A DNA stretch of 64,000 nucleotides from Dendrobates tinctorius (lineage: Eukaryota): the NCBI RefSeq assembly GCF_039654945.1, contig NW_027361806.1, positions 20,956,001 through 21,020,000 on the forward strand, given 5' to 3'. A program made the translations under genes and the position numbers. The notes beneath the pieces were generated by a model, which saw nothing but the letters and a program-made list of their open reading frames with translations, was not told the DNA's origin and did not search any database. Below, piece by piece: positions 52,061 through 64,000 of the stretch (position 1 is the first letter of the stretch; each line of letters opens with the position of its first letter).

Positions 52061-53751
52061 AATAATTATATAATAATTATTTTAATGTTGGAGACGTCCA
52101 TAGTCTTTATCCATTTAGATTATGTTTAAAGGCTGTAGGAAAAAAAACAAGTCTAGTGAGAAATTACAAACTCCTAGTAGATGTTTTTCTTGATGAGATT
52201 TATCCCATGACCCTTCTGCTGCTTGTCTACAAAACTCACTATGGGGATACAACAATGCCACATTTACGCAGTGCGGTTCCTGGCCATTTTGCCATTGGCT
52301 GCAGCGGTCTTGCAGATGCAAAGGTGACTTCTCTTCCTCTGTAAACACAGACCACGGAGCAGACTGCACTGGATCCAGGTGGGTGCTTATAGGGGAGGAT
52401 CACTTGATTTGTTTTTTTTGTTTGTTTTTTATTGCTACTAACCACTGATGAATTTTTCATTTTGCATGGAGAACCTGGTTCTGCCCCAGTATTTGTTTCC
52501 AGGCTTCAATAAGAACGTCGTATAGCACGTGACCACTGCAGTCAATCGAAGCATTCCAGGGACTGGTTGCAGTGGTCATATGCAGTAGCTGTGACGTGAC
52601 CACTGCAGCCTGTCGACAAAGACTGGGGTTGGCAGCAGAGGAACAGATTACTTTGTTTTAAAAACACATAGTCTTGACTAGCGTAAAATACCAATGTTAA
52701 TCCTGAAAAATCCCTTGCGTCAGGATCAGGAGGTCGCCTTGCGCAGATCCTGCTGGTGTATGGAGTCAGAAGGTGATCGCGGAAGGTGATCGCACGGAGC
52801 CAGTAGGCGGCCACATTGGTACTTGGGAGAAGCCGAGCCACAGTAGAACTGTGACATTGACCAGACGCTGCAATACTGAGGTACTGTGTACAAGAAGCCA
52901 TAAATAAATGAACACATTTGATATTGACACGTCCATAAATCGATCAAAATATTACAAACTTGTAAAGTGCAAAAATAAAGATTGTCCATGGCGGAAAGGG
53001 GTTAATCAAATGGAAAACGCGGCCGCGGAGCTTGCAATCTATTGATTGGATGGAGCGTCTGATGTTCCCGGGCTCGGGTCCTGCAGATTTTCCATGCACG
53101 CCTAGATATTGGGTGAGCGCTATGCATATGCGGACCTCTATCGTACATTTGCTTGAGTGCCGAGATCTTAAGAAGGCAGTGTAGGAATTAGTCTGCCGTC
53201 ACCGAGCCTTTGTGTCGCCCTGAACTTCTGTAATGGATTTTGCAGTGAAAAAAAAAAAGTTGTAATTGGTGTAGAATTGTCTGCGCTGTCATGTCAGTCT
53301 AATATCTGGTGATGGATTACCAGCAGAATGGCACCCGGGCTTTCATTAGAAAGGTGTTTGTGCAGATTAGTGGTCTGTGCAAGTACAGCACTGATAATTC
53401 TAATGGCCGGACGGCAGGTAATTAATTTTATTTTTAATCAAGTTAATGGCAGGAGTGTAAGGAAAGGGCGACGATGTCTCAGTCCTTCTCACAGCTATAC
53501 GGCCTCGATTGATTCCCGCCTCTGGTATTTAATGGGAATAAAATCATCCGGAAAATGAAACCTCAGAGAATATGGTGACACTTACTGGAAAAACAAAAAA
53601 AAGAGCAGATTTTCTTCGATTTATAGTCAGCCCCCAAAATTCCAGATTTTAAGAATTTATTTTCTCATAGTGGAATTTTTTTTTTCTTATATCTTACATG
53701 ATTACATTTGCAATGCCCTATAAAAATAGAACAAGAGTGTAACCAAGTGTA

Positions 53752-55316
53752 CAGTCATGGCCAAAAGTTTTGAGAATGACACAAATATTATATTTTCACA
53801 TGATCTGCTGGCCTCTGGTTTTTATGTGTGTTTCTCAGATGTTTTTATCACATACAGAAATATAATTACAATCATATTATGAGTAACAAAAGGTTATATT
53901 GACAGTTAGAATGAGTTAATGCAGCAAGTCAATATTTGCAGTGTTGACCCTTCTTCTTCAGGACCTCAGCAATTCTCCCTGGCATGCTCTCAATCAACTT
54001 CTGGATCTAATCCTGACTGATAGCAGTCCATTCTTGCAAAAGCAATGCTTTTATTTTGTTTGAATTTGAAGGTTTTTGTTTGTCCACCCGTCTCTTGATG
54101 ATTGACCACAAGTTCTCAATGGGATTAAGATCTGGGGAGTTTCCAGGCCATGGTCCCAAAATCTCTATGTTTTGTTCCCTGAGCCATTTAGTTATCACCT
54201 TTGCTTTATGGCAAGGTGCTCCATCATGTTGAAAAAGGCATTGTTGATCGCCAAACTGCTCTTGGACGGTTGGGAGAAGTTGTTCTTGGAGGACATTCTG
54301 GTACCATTCTTTATTCATGGCTGTGTTTTTAGGCAAGACTGAGAGCGAGTCCATTGCCTTGGCTGAGAAGCCACCCCACACATGAATGGTTTCAGGATGC
54401 TTGACAGTTGGCATGAGACAAGACTGGTGGTAGTGCTCACCTGGTCTTCCTCGAATAAGCCGTTTTCCAGATGTCCCAAACAATCGAAATGGGAATTCAT
54501 CAGAGAAAATGACTTTACCCCAGTCCTCAGCAGTCCACTCCCTGTACCTCTTGCAGAATATCAGTCTGTCCATGATGTTTTTCCTGGAGAGAAGTGGCTT
54601 CTTTGCTGCCCTCCTTGAGACCAGGCCTTGCTCCAAGAGTCTCCGCCTCACAGTGCGTGCAGATGCACTCACACCTGCCTGCTGCCATTCCTGAGCAAGC
54701 TCTGCACTGCTGGTGGCTGGTCCCGCAGCTGAAACACTTTTAAGAGACGGTCCTGGCGCTTGCTAGTCTTTTTGGGCGCCCTGGAGCCTTTTTGGCAACA
54801 AGGGAACCTCTCTCCTTGAAGTTCTTGATGATGCGATAGATTGTTGACTGAGGTGCAATCTTTCTAGCTGCGATACTCTTCCCTGTTAGGCCATTTTTGT
54901 GCAGTGCAATGATGACTGCACATGTTTCTTTAGAGATAACCATGGTTAACAGAAGAGAAACAATGATGCCAAGCACCAGCCTCCTTTTAAAGTGTCCAGT
55001 GGTGTCATTCTTACTTAATCATGACAGATTGATCTCCAGCCCTGTCCTCATCAACACCCACACCTGTGTTAATGGAGCAATCACTGAAACGATGTTAGCT
55101 GGTCCTTTTAAGGCAGGGCTGCAATGATGTTGAAATGTGTTTTGGGGGATAAAGTTAATTTTCTAGGCAAATATTGACTTTGCAAGTAATTGCTGTTAAG
55201 CTGATCACTCTTTATAACATTCTGGAGTATATGCAAATTGCCATTAGAAAAAATGAAGCAGTAGACTTTGTAAAAATTAATATTTGTGTCATTCTCAAAA
55301 CTTTTGGCCATGACTG
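53752..55316 (-). mobile_element. Tc1 transposon, full length, with a frameshifted transposase
   Basis: TA TSD and TIRs CAGTCATGGCCAAAAGTTTTGAGAATGACACAAATATTA. Transposase ~54943 to ~53929 with FSDE, FQHDGAPCH and WPGNSPDLNPIENLW. Confidence 0.95.
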
Positions 55317-55409
55317 TAAGGAGCGGCTGAAAGATTGGCAAATATATTCCTCCCTAAGTCACTGAATGCCTTTTAGTGATGAGCGAGCGTGCTCGGGTAA
55401 TGCATTATC

Positions 55410-57095
55410 CGAGCATGCTCGTGTGCTAACGGAGTGTCTTCAGCATGCTCAGGTGCTAACTGAGAGTCTTCGGCATGCTCGGGTGCTAACTGAGAGTCTT
55501 CAGCATGCTCGGGTGCTGACGGAGTGTGTGAACATTGCCACATACGGATTATTTTTTTGCCCTGTTGTTCCACACGGCCAATCCCTGATTGTAGGCTGGC
55601 TATTTCATTAGGTATTATTGCACCTGTGCAGTTGCCATTTTACTTGGGTTCGCTGCACCCTGATAGTGCATTTGTATTGAGGCCTGTCTATACAAGTAAG
55701 CATCTCTGCCTGTTTTGGCTTTTTCTCAAATATATTCCTCCCTAAGTCACTGAATGCCTTTTAGTGATAAGCGAGCGTGCTCAGGTAATGCGTTATCTGA
55801 GTTTGCTTGTGTGCTAACGGAAAGTCTTCGGCATGCCCGCGTGCTAACGGAGTGTCATCGGCATGTTCGTGTGCTAACGGAAAGTCTTCGGCATGCTCAG
55901 GTGCTATCGGAAAGTCTTCGGCATGCTCAGGTGCTATCGGAAAGTCTTCGGCATGCTCAGGTGCTGACGGAGAGTCTTTAGCATGCTCGGGTGCTAACGA
56001 AGAGTCTTCAGCATGCTTGTGTGCTAACGGAGAGTCTTCAGCATGCTTGTGTGCTAACGGAGAGTCTTCAGCATGCTTGTGTGCTTACGGAGAGTCTTCA
56101 GCATGCTCGTGTGCTAACGGAAAGTCTTCGGCATGCTCAGGTGCTGACGGAGTGTCTTCGGCATGCTCATGTGCTAACGGAGAGTCTTCGGCATGCTCGT
56201 GCTAACGGAGAGTCTTCGGCATGCTCGGGTGCTGACGGAGTGTCTTCGGCATGCTCATGTGTGCTGACATTATTAAAACAGTGGGGATGATGTTCAATAC
56301 TAATTTAATAATAAATCCAATATAATAATATAGACCAATTGTACACACAGCCCCTCTGAGATGGTGGATGGCAGACCATCCGGTGAAAGAACCACAATGC
56401 ACACTAAGTAGGATGGAAGTTGAGACTGACAGGAATCAAATACGTGTAATAAATATGGCAACACGCAAAAAATATATAGATAAAATACCCTTTATTAAAA
56501 AATGGGTGTATACATTAAACATAAAATGGCATCACCAAAATTTATACATAGCATAATAGCATAGTAAGCTGTAGCATGAGGTTAAATAAATAACCCTGTA
56601 ATGCAATCACAATAATATAAAATTAAAAAATATGTATAGAGTGAAGTCCCCAAAGAAGTTGTATATGATGATATGTATAGTGCTATAAAAATAAAATAGC
56701 ACTGTGAACGTGCCTAAATCAAGAAAGCATTAGGTTCCAGTGTGTAATAAAGAAAGGGCGAAAATCGCTTAATACAATGGGGAATTAGAAAAATATTAAA
56801 GGGTTAATACCTCATGAGCCAAAAATGGATGCCAAGGAAAGCGCCCCGACGCGCGTTTCGGAGAAGAGAACTCCTTCGTCATGTGTGCTGACGGAGAGTC
56901 TTCGGCATGCTCATGTGTGCTGATGGAGAGTCTTCGCCATGCTCGTGTGCTGACGGAGAGTCTTCGGCATGCTCGTGTGCTGACGGAGAGTCTTCGGCAT
57001 GCTCGTGTGCTGACGGAGAGTCTTCGGCATGCTCGTGTGCTGACGGAGAGTCTTCGGCATGCTCGTGTGCTGACGGAGAGTCTTCGGCATGCTTG
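55410..57095. repeat. 30-bp minisatellite inside a TAGTGATGAGCGAGC-terminated non-autonomous element (right TIR ends at 57280)
   Basis: Unit GCATGCTCGTGTGCTGACGGAGAGTCTTCG, in three blocks separated by unrelated inserts. Confidence 0.85.
56269..56878 (-). mobile_element. AT-rich Penelope-like fragment truncated within its hammerhead motif
   Basis: Flanked by the duplicated TCATGTGTGCTGAC (56255-56268 and 56879-56892). The minus strand begins (TGA)CGA-AGGAG-TTCTCTT-CTCC-GAAACGCGCGTC-GGGG. Confidence 0.6.
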
Positions 57096-57593
57096 AAAAC
57101 TGTTCAAGTCCCCGCTGCTGCATGTCTCCATTTGTAAGGCAATCCCTTCATGTGTTACAGCTGTCAAATGCAAGACATGCAGCTGCATGGACTCACAGTT
57201 TTCAAGCACACTGAAGACACTCGATTAGCCCACAAGCGAGCTCCAATAACACTTTATTCATGCACGCTCGCTCGTCACTAATTCTTATCTACTTGTAGAG
57301 GGTCTAAAAGGCATTTTCCCTGTAAATGGATACATTTATGACTACTTAGACCCCCATTAGGTAATTCCCAGAGTATGTGAATGCCAGTCCAGTCACTTTT
57401 ATGGGACTGATAAAGGAAGAGATTGAACCAGATCTCACACCATTGTGTTTACAAAGAAGTCTTTGAATCCCCCATTTTTAGGTAAAGTTAGGGTACAAGT
57501 GGTCGGACACCTATGGATCACATCACCCGGGATCATACATTTATCTTGTGTCCTGTGAGTAGGAGATAAATATATTTAGTTGATAAACCCCTT

Positions 57594-58103
57594 TGTCACG
57601 GGGTCCTTCTCTGGTATCACACAATCAACAGAGCAAGCGAAGAGTGAACAATTCCAAGACCATTATTCAGGAAAAAATCCGAAAAGGTCCATATTCAGTC
57701 CACCACACAAAGGATAAGATAGTCCAGAATAAGAATGCAGTCCAGTATCAGGATAAAATGTCCAGGGAACAAGATTCCAAAACTCTAGCACCAGAGGATA
57801 AAATGGGTCCTTCTCTCTCTGAAGTGCTGTCTGTGCATGATCCTGTCCACACCAGAACTGACTTGCCCAGCTCCTGTTCTCTCTCCACCCCCTTCCTTGT
57901 CCAGGGAAAGTCAAACAAGTTGGGGCGGTTTCCAGGCCCCCCAGAGGAGAACAAAGGGCCTTAAGGATTAATGCACTACAGGGGGGTCATCAAGAGACAG
58001 ATACAGTGAGGCTGTAGACTTACAATGTAATAAGAAAAACACTGAAAATAACTGAAATAGAAATATACATAAAATGATATCCACATAACATCACACCATC
58101 ACA
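57594..58103 (-). repeat. 3' LTR of the Gmr1-like element
   Basis: Direct repeat of 62674-63195 with scattered substitutions and indels. Confidence 0.92.
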
Positions 58104-61100
58104 ACCTCTCCCCCCCCCCATAATAAGTGAGCACGCCATGAGGTCTACACAGACCTCTGGCCTGCTCACTTTAGTCCACATTGCTCAGTTATTTATAGTT
58201 CCTTGTACAGTGGCAGGGGTAGGTCGGCCTGGGGAGCCTATGGCTCTTCTTGTCGAGACAGTCCATCGGCGTTCTGGTGTTGGCTTCCCCGCTTGTATTG
58301 GATGCAGAAGCTGTAGGGTTGTAAGGACAAGCTCCACCGCAGCAATCTTCCATTGTCCCCTGATACGCGATTCAGCCATGTGAGGGGGTTGTGGTCTGTA
58401 ACGATTGTAAAGTCTCTGCCATACAAGTATGGCTGCAATTTTTTTAGCGCCCATACGATGGCAAGGCACTCTTTTTCAATAGTGGCATAGGCAACTTCCC
58501 GATCCAGTAGTTTCCGACTGGCAAAAGCAACAGGATGTTCTTCTCCGGCGGCGTTCACTTGGCTAAGTACTGCCCCAATCCCAAAGGTGGATGCATCTGT
58601 CTGCACGAGGAACCTGCGTTTGTAATCCGGGGCAGCCAAGACAGGAGCAGTGACGAGGGCAGTCTTTAACGCTGAAAAGGCATCCTTGCATGCCGTCGTC
58701 CACGTCACATAGGCATGTTCTTTCGGGTTAGGGGCTTGGCCAAGGTGCTGAAGTTAGAAACAAATTTGCGATAGTAACCAGCAGTTCCTAAAAATGCAAG
58801 TACCTGCTTTTTAGTCTGGGGTCTACACCAGTTGCTAATGGCTGCTACCTTGGCAGGCTCAGGCCTTAGTGTCCCACCCCCTACTCTATGCCCGAGGTAC
58901 TGCACCTCAGCCATCCCTATTTGGCACTTATCATACAGTCCAGCACTATGCCCAAGTGTTTAAGATGTTCCTCCCAGGTTGTGCTAAAAATGGCAATGTC
59001 GTCTAAGTAAGCACAGGCAAAGTCCTGACATTGTTGTAACAGTCTATCCACCAGTCTCTGGAAAGTAGCGGGGGCAGTTTTCATCCCAAAGGGCATTCCC
59101 AGGAACTCATAAAGCCCAAATGGAGTAGTGAAGGCTGAGCGCTCCCGAGCGTCCTCCGTTAGGGATATCTGCCAGTACCTCTTGCTCAAGTCTAACGTGG
59201 TCACAAATCGGGCACTGGCCAGACGATCCAATAGATCATCAATCCTGGGCATGGGATAAGCATCACTCTTGGTGGCATCATTTAATCGTCTGTAATCAAC
59301 GCGGAATCGTGTTATACCATCCTTCTTGGGGACCAGGACGACGCGAGAGGACCAAGAACTGTGAGATGGCTGAATAACTCCCAGTTGTTTCATCTCCAGT
59401 TCGTTCTTTATCATGCCTTGAACAGCCTCTGGAACCCGGTAGGCAGCCTGCTGGATGGGGCGTTGTCCGGGGGTTTCCACATGGTGGCTGGTGAGAGTAG
59501 TCTTCCCCGGCTTTGAGGAGAAAGCAGCAGCCCTCGGCCTTAGTACGGCGACAATATCGTCCTTTTGTATATCTGATAAATGGGAGCCCAGGGGCACTTG
59601 TTCCAGTAATCCTCCCGCTTGGGCAACCTGGAGGAGATCTGGGAGATACTCGTTGGCAGCGGTATCACTAGCGGGGTGGCAGACAGCTAGAACAGGCAGA
59701 GATCGGTCGTGGTAGTCTTTCAGCATGTTAATGTGGACAGTTTTCTGTCGTCGACCACTAGAGTCCAGGGCAATAACATAATGTCATTAATTTTCTTGAC
59801 AACTTGATAAGGGCCTTCCCACACTGCTTGAAGCTTGTTGGCAGGGGAAGCAGTAATCATGAGCACTTGCTGTCCTTCCATAAATTCCCGGTTCCTGGCA
59901 TTACGGTCATACCAGGTTATTTTGTCTGGACTGGGCCATTCGCTGATGTTCTTTAGCGAAGGTAGCTAGCTGGGCGAGACGGTCTCTGAGCTCTAGAACA
60001 TAGGGAACGATGGGCATTCCGGTATCTGAGATGTCTCCCTCCAAATGTTCTTTCAGTAGAGTGAGAGGCCCACGGACCTTCCGGCTAAACAGTAGTTCGA
60101 AGGGAGAGAACCCTGTGGACTCTTGGGGAACCTCCCGATAGGTGAAGAGGAGATGTGGCAGGTACCTTTCCCAGTCTTTTTCAACGTCAAGAAAAGCACT
60201 CAGCAAATTTTTTAGGGTCCCATTAAAGCATTCGCATAGTCTGTTGGTCTGCGGGTGGTATGGGGTGGTGCGAATGGCTCGAACACCACAGGTATGCCAT
60301 AGGGACTGGACCAGATCTGACATGAACTGAGTGCCTTGATCCGACAATATTTCACTAGGAAACCCTACCCGGGTAAAGATGGTAACAAGGGCCTCGGCTA
60401 CCTTTACTGCTGTAATACTGGACAGGGCCACAGCTTCAGGATACCTAGTGGCATAGTCCACCACGGTCAGGATATTTTTTTCCCCGACCAGCTGGGGTGG
60501 GCCAGAGGACCTATGATGTCGACGGCTACACGTTGAAATGGTTCCTCAATTATGGGCAGGGATTGCAGGGGTACCTTATGTCGAGCTCCTGGATGCCGCA
60601 TTCGCTGGCACACATCACAGGTGCGGCAATAATGGGCTACCGACTGCGAGACGCCCGGCCAGTAAAAACTTTGGGTGAGTCTCTTTTCAGTCCTTTTTCT
60701 CCCTTGATGCCCAGCCAAGGGGATGTAATGGGCCAGTTGAAGTAGCTGTGCCCTGTACTTCTGAGGGACAATGAGTTGCCTGGTCGTTGCGTCAGGGTTG
60801 CCCTGGTCACTGCCCTTTGTTACACGATAATACAGTCCGTTTTCTCGAGTGAAGCCATCCCCATTATCTCCCATGTGCCCAGTTTCTGCCTTTCGCCTAA
60901 CGGCTGCTAAGGTAGTGTCACCCTCTATTTCTCTCCTAAACTCCTCTCTGTCCCAAGACTCTCCCAATGTAGTAGCAGCAAAAGTATTGCTTACCGACTC
61001 TGATGCGGTTCGTGGTGGTTGCTCCCCGGTGGGGTCCGGATGACTTAGTGCTTGAAGGGCCTGTAGTCGGGTGACTGCTCCCACAAATTGGCACTGTAAC

Positions 61101-62673
61101 TCCCCAATGTCGTTCCCAAGGAGGATATCTGCAGGAAGTCCTCCCATAACTCCAATCCAACACAGTTTTTCTCCACAACCATAATCCAAACGCACAGAAG
61201 CTCGCTGTATATATTTGCGGGCACCGCCCGCCAGGACAATGGGAATTCCTGGACCCTGGTAAATTGCCTCAGGTCGAACCACACGGGGGTCAGCGATAGT
61301 CAAGAATGCCCCCGTGTCTCTAAATCCTGACACTTTGTATCCATCAATAAAGACATCCTGCAGGTGGCGTTGCCGTTGCTCTGAGTAGCTAAAGGACAGA
61401 GGCCGGAGTCCGTACACTCCAGGAGGAGTATCTATGGTGCCGTGGTCGGTGGTCCACTCTGGTGGGGGTGGTGGTAGCTCTTCCTCAGGTGTGGTGGAAA
61501 GTACAAGATGTACTGGACGAGGTGGGGCTGCGTGGGGCTCCCTCCGAATCCTGGAGGGACAGCCAGACTGCAAATGTCCAGGTTGCCCACACCCATAACA
61601 CCTCCTCTCTGTCATACCCCCAGGTCGTGGTCGGAACTGTTGGGGCCTAGGATTGTGAGGCGTGATTGTCATCGGCTTGCGACTAGGTGGAAGGGCAGAT
61701 ATAATTGGAGGGGGACGGGGCGTGGGAGCAGGCCATGGTTCATTGTCTAGAAGCCTCCTCCATTGCAGCCGGATAGTAAGGGCTTCATCGGCCAGGGCTG
61801 CAGCTCTATCCACGGTACACGGCGTGCGCTCCCGGACCCATTCCCATACCTCTGCAGGGCACTTGGCAAGAAATTGTTCTATAAGGAACGCCTGTATAAC
61901 ATCTTCCACAGTAAAGGCGTTTTCTGCTTCCAGCCATCTCCGACATGCCTCGGACATCTTATGTGCATACATCCTAAACGATCCCCCCCCGTGGTGCATG
62001 GGAGGTCTCGGAACTTGGCCCTATATGAGTCAGGGGTGATAGCATGGTAATCCAGGATAGTCCGCTTTACAATGTTATAATCCTGATTCCGCAGTGCATC
62101 AATGGTTCGGTAAGCCTCCGCCATGCTTCCGTTCAGGAGCCCCACTAACAAACGCAACCAGCTAAGAGTGGGGTACCTCCATCACAGCACACTGCTGCTC
62201 AAAGTCTTTGAAGAACCCCTCCACACCTCTAGAAGCCTCATCAAATGGCTTAAACTCTGTCCGGATGATCCGTACAGGCTCCCGGATTGTTGGGGTTACG
62301 CTCCACATTGCGTTACTCCCTTTTTCAAGCTCCATTGCTTCCTATCTCCGCTGTGCCCGGCGGGCAGCCTCCTCCTTGTAGTCCTGAGAGATGCCGGGGC
62401 CCAGAACCGCCATCTCTTCTTCATACCACACCAACCACTGGCTTTTCTGGATGGGGATCCCTGTCTCCAGTGCTCGTCCTTCAGACATCTGGGAGGAGGT
62501 GGCCGGGCTAGCGCCCACCAGTAGATCGATTAAAGCCTCTTTAGTCAGTCCCTGGTAGTTCAGGCCCAGGTCTCTGCCTCTCCTGTAAACTGCATACAGT
62601 CCAATTTCTGTACTCACTCTGTGGGTGGTTCTCCATTGGGTGACGCTCTGTTGATCCCACTGCTGCCACCAGT

Positions 62674-63195
62674 TGTCACGGGGTCCTTCTCTGGTATCTC
62701 ACAATCAACAGAGCAAGCGAAGAGTGAACAATTCCAAGACCTTTATTCAGGCAAAAATACGAAAAGGTCCATATTCAGTCCACCACACAAAGGATAAGAT
62801 AGTCCAGAATAAGAATGCAGTCCAGTATCAGGATAAAATGTCCAGGGAACGAGATTCCAAATCTCTAGCACCAGAGGATAAAATGGGTCCTTCTCTCTCT
62901 GAAGTGCTGTCTGTGCACGATCCTGTCCACACCGGAACTGACTTGCCCAGCTCGTGTTCTCTCTCCACCCCTTTCTTTGCCCAGGGAAAGTCAAACAAGT
63001 TGGGGCGGTTTCCAGGCCCTCCAGAGGAGAACAAAAGGCCTTAGGGATTAATGCACTACAGGGGGGTCATCAAGAGACAGATACAGTGAGGCTGTAGACT
63101 TAAAAGGTAATAAGAAAAACACTGTGAAAATATCTGAAATAGAAAAATAGAGATTTACAAAAAATGATATCCACATAACATATCACACCATCTCA
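62674..63195 (-). repeat. 5' LTR of the Gmr1-like element
   Basis: Adjacent to the PBS; direct repeat of 57594-58103. Confidence 0.92.
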
Positions 63196-63354
63196 ACCCT
63201 TTAAATGCCAAGGTCTGAAATAACACAGGCATCAAGGCGGTTAAACACTCAAGATCAGAGGTTGCTCTTCTGCTGACTGTCAGACATTTCATGAATAGGT
63301 TAATAAATTAGCAAGAAGATCAAAAAAGCAATAATGTAATGCCATTAAATTTAA

Positions 63355-64000
63355 AGGGAACCTGTCAGCAGGGTTGTGCATAGTAACCTACAGACAGTGT
63401 CAGGTCGGCGCCGTTATACTGAATAACATGATACCTGGAGATGAAATCCGTCTTGTGCTTTTTAAATCCTTATTTTTAGTTAATGATATGCTCGTGTCGT
63501 AAGGCGGGGTTCATGTATGTGGTGCTCTGATTATATATTCATAATGCAGATTGCTGACTGGTCGCTGCTCGCTCACTGACCTGCCCCCTAGTTTACATAG
63601 TGAATATACTAACGTGTGTATTTGAAAAGACATGTCACTTCACCAAAATGGCGGCATTGCGCACTATCACTTGTCAGTTAGTGCCTATTATCTTGCGCTG
63701 TTGAAAAGAAACACAAATCACCGTTAAAATGACGCCATCGGCTGCGCCTGCGCATTAGCATGTATCGCGTATTGATAGATGGAACTGCGCATGCACCACC
63801 TCTGGTGCCATTTTGTTGTGTAAATTTGTTTGGCTGCAGCAACTAGGAGCTGGCGAAGGCACTTGCACAGTAGCATCTATTGGAACGTGATAGATGCTAA
63901 TGCGCCGGCGCAGCCGACGTGGATGTGCTGAGTCCTCCAGACAACCTATGGTCAAGTGTGACGCTGCTTCCGGAGAGAAAAACGCCATGTTTTCATGGGA
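63355..64000. mobile_element. TTAA-type (T2/Kolobok-like) MITE running off the window end
   Basis: Terminus TTAA|AGGGAACCTGTCAGCAGG, typical of frog TTAA-site MITEs; the second TIR is not in the window. Confidence 0.55.

Larger units (their letters stand above)
57594..63195 (-). mobile_element. Two-LTR Gmr1-like Ty3/Gypsy retrotransposon, decayed
   Basis: LTRs at 57594-58103 and 62674-63195. tRNA-Leu-type PBS TGGTGGCAGCAGTGGGAT (62654-62671) and PPT (58104-58120). Gag with SCAN-like helices and CYGCGQPGHLQSGC; protease RDTGA; integrase GHQG..CRTC..YHPQTN; then RT YLDD; then RNase H TDAS..EKECLA..TDH. Confidence 0.95.

Noticed and set aside
51098-52129. 343-aa repetitive ORF
   Set aside because: Translation of a 39-bp minisatellite.
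57593-63044. Duplicated 123-aa ORFs at 57593 and 62673
   Set aside because: Chance frames inside the two LTRs.
46478-64000. tnni3k exons or an fpgt-tnni3k read-through
   Set aside because: Expected from synteny, but I found no MGNYKSRP-like, ankyrin or kinase coding sequence in the window.

Overview
Vertebrate genomic DNA, almost certainly a frog judging from the repeat content; no prokaryotic features. Two divergently transcribed protein-coding genes can be rebuilt from splice sites. lrriq3 is on the minus strand, with 7 coding exons between 32751 and 5642; its last exon appears to lie outside the window, and a putative non-coding first exon sits next to an RFX X-box near 35.6 kb. fpgt is on the plus strand, with 4 coding exons (37585-46477, 576 aa) and a CpG-rich CRE/E-box promoter. 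Most of the rest is layered mobile DNA: an internally deleted class I-like endogenous retrovirus with its 3' LTR, two solo LTRs, a two-LTR Gmr1-type Ty3/Gypsy element (SCAN-like Gag, PR-IN-RT-RH order), two Tc1 transposons, CR1 and L2 LINE fragments, a V-SINE, and many Harbinger-like and TTAA-type MITEs, one of which carries (TTAGGG)n. There are also 86-, 39-, 30- and 20-bp tandem arrays. The most unusual signal is three separate short non-coding Penelope-like insertions with minimal hammerhead ribozyme motifs. The best preserved is a near-perfect ~300-bp fold-back with one hammerhead per strand, a retained intron-like segment and a 15-bp target-site duplication. All calls come from reading the sequence by eye; no searches were run.
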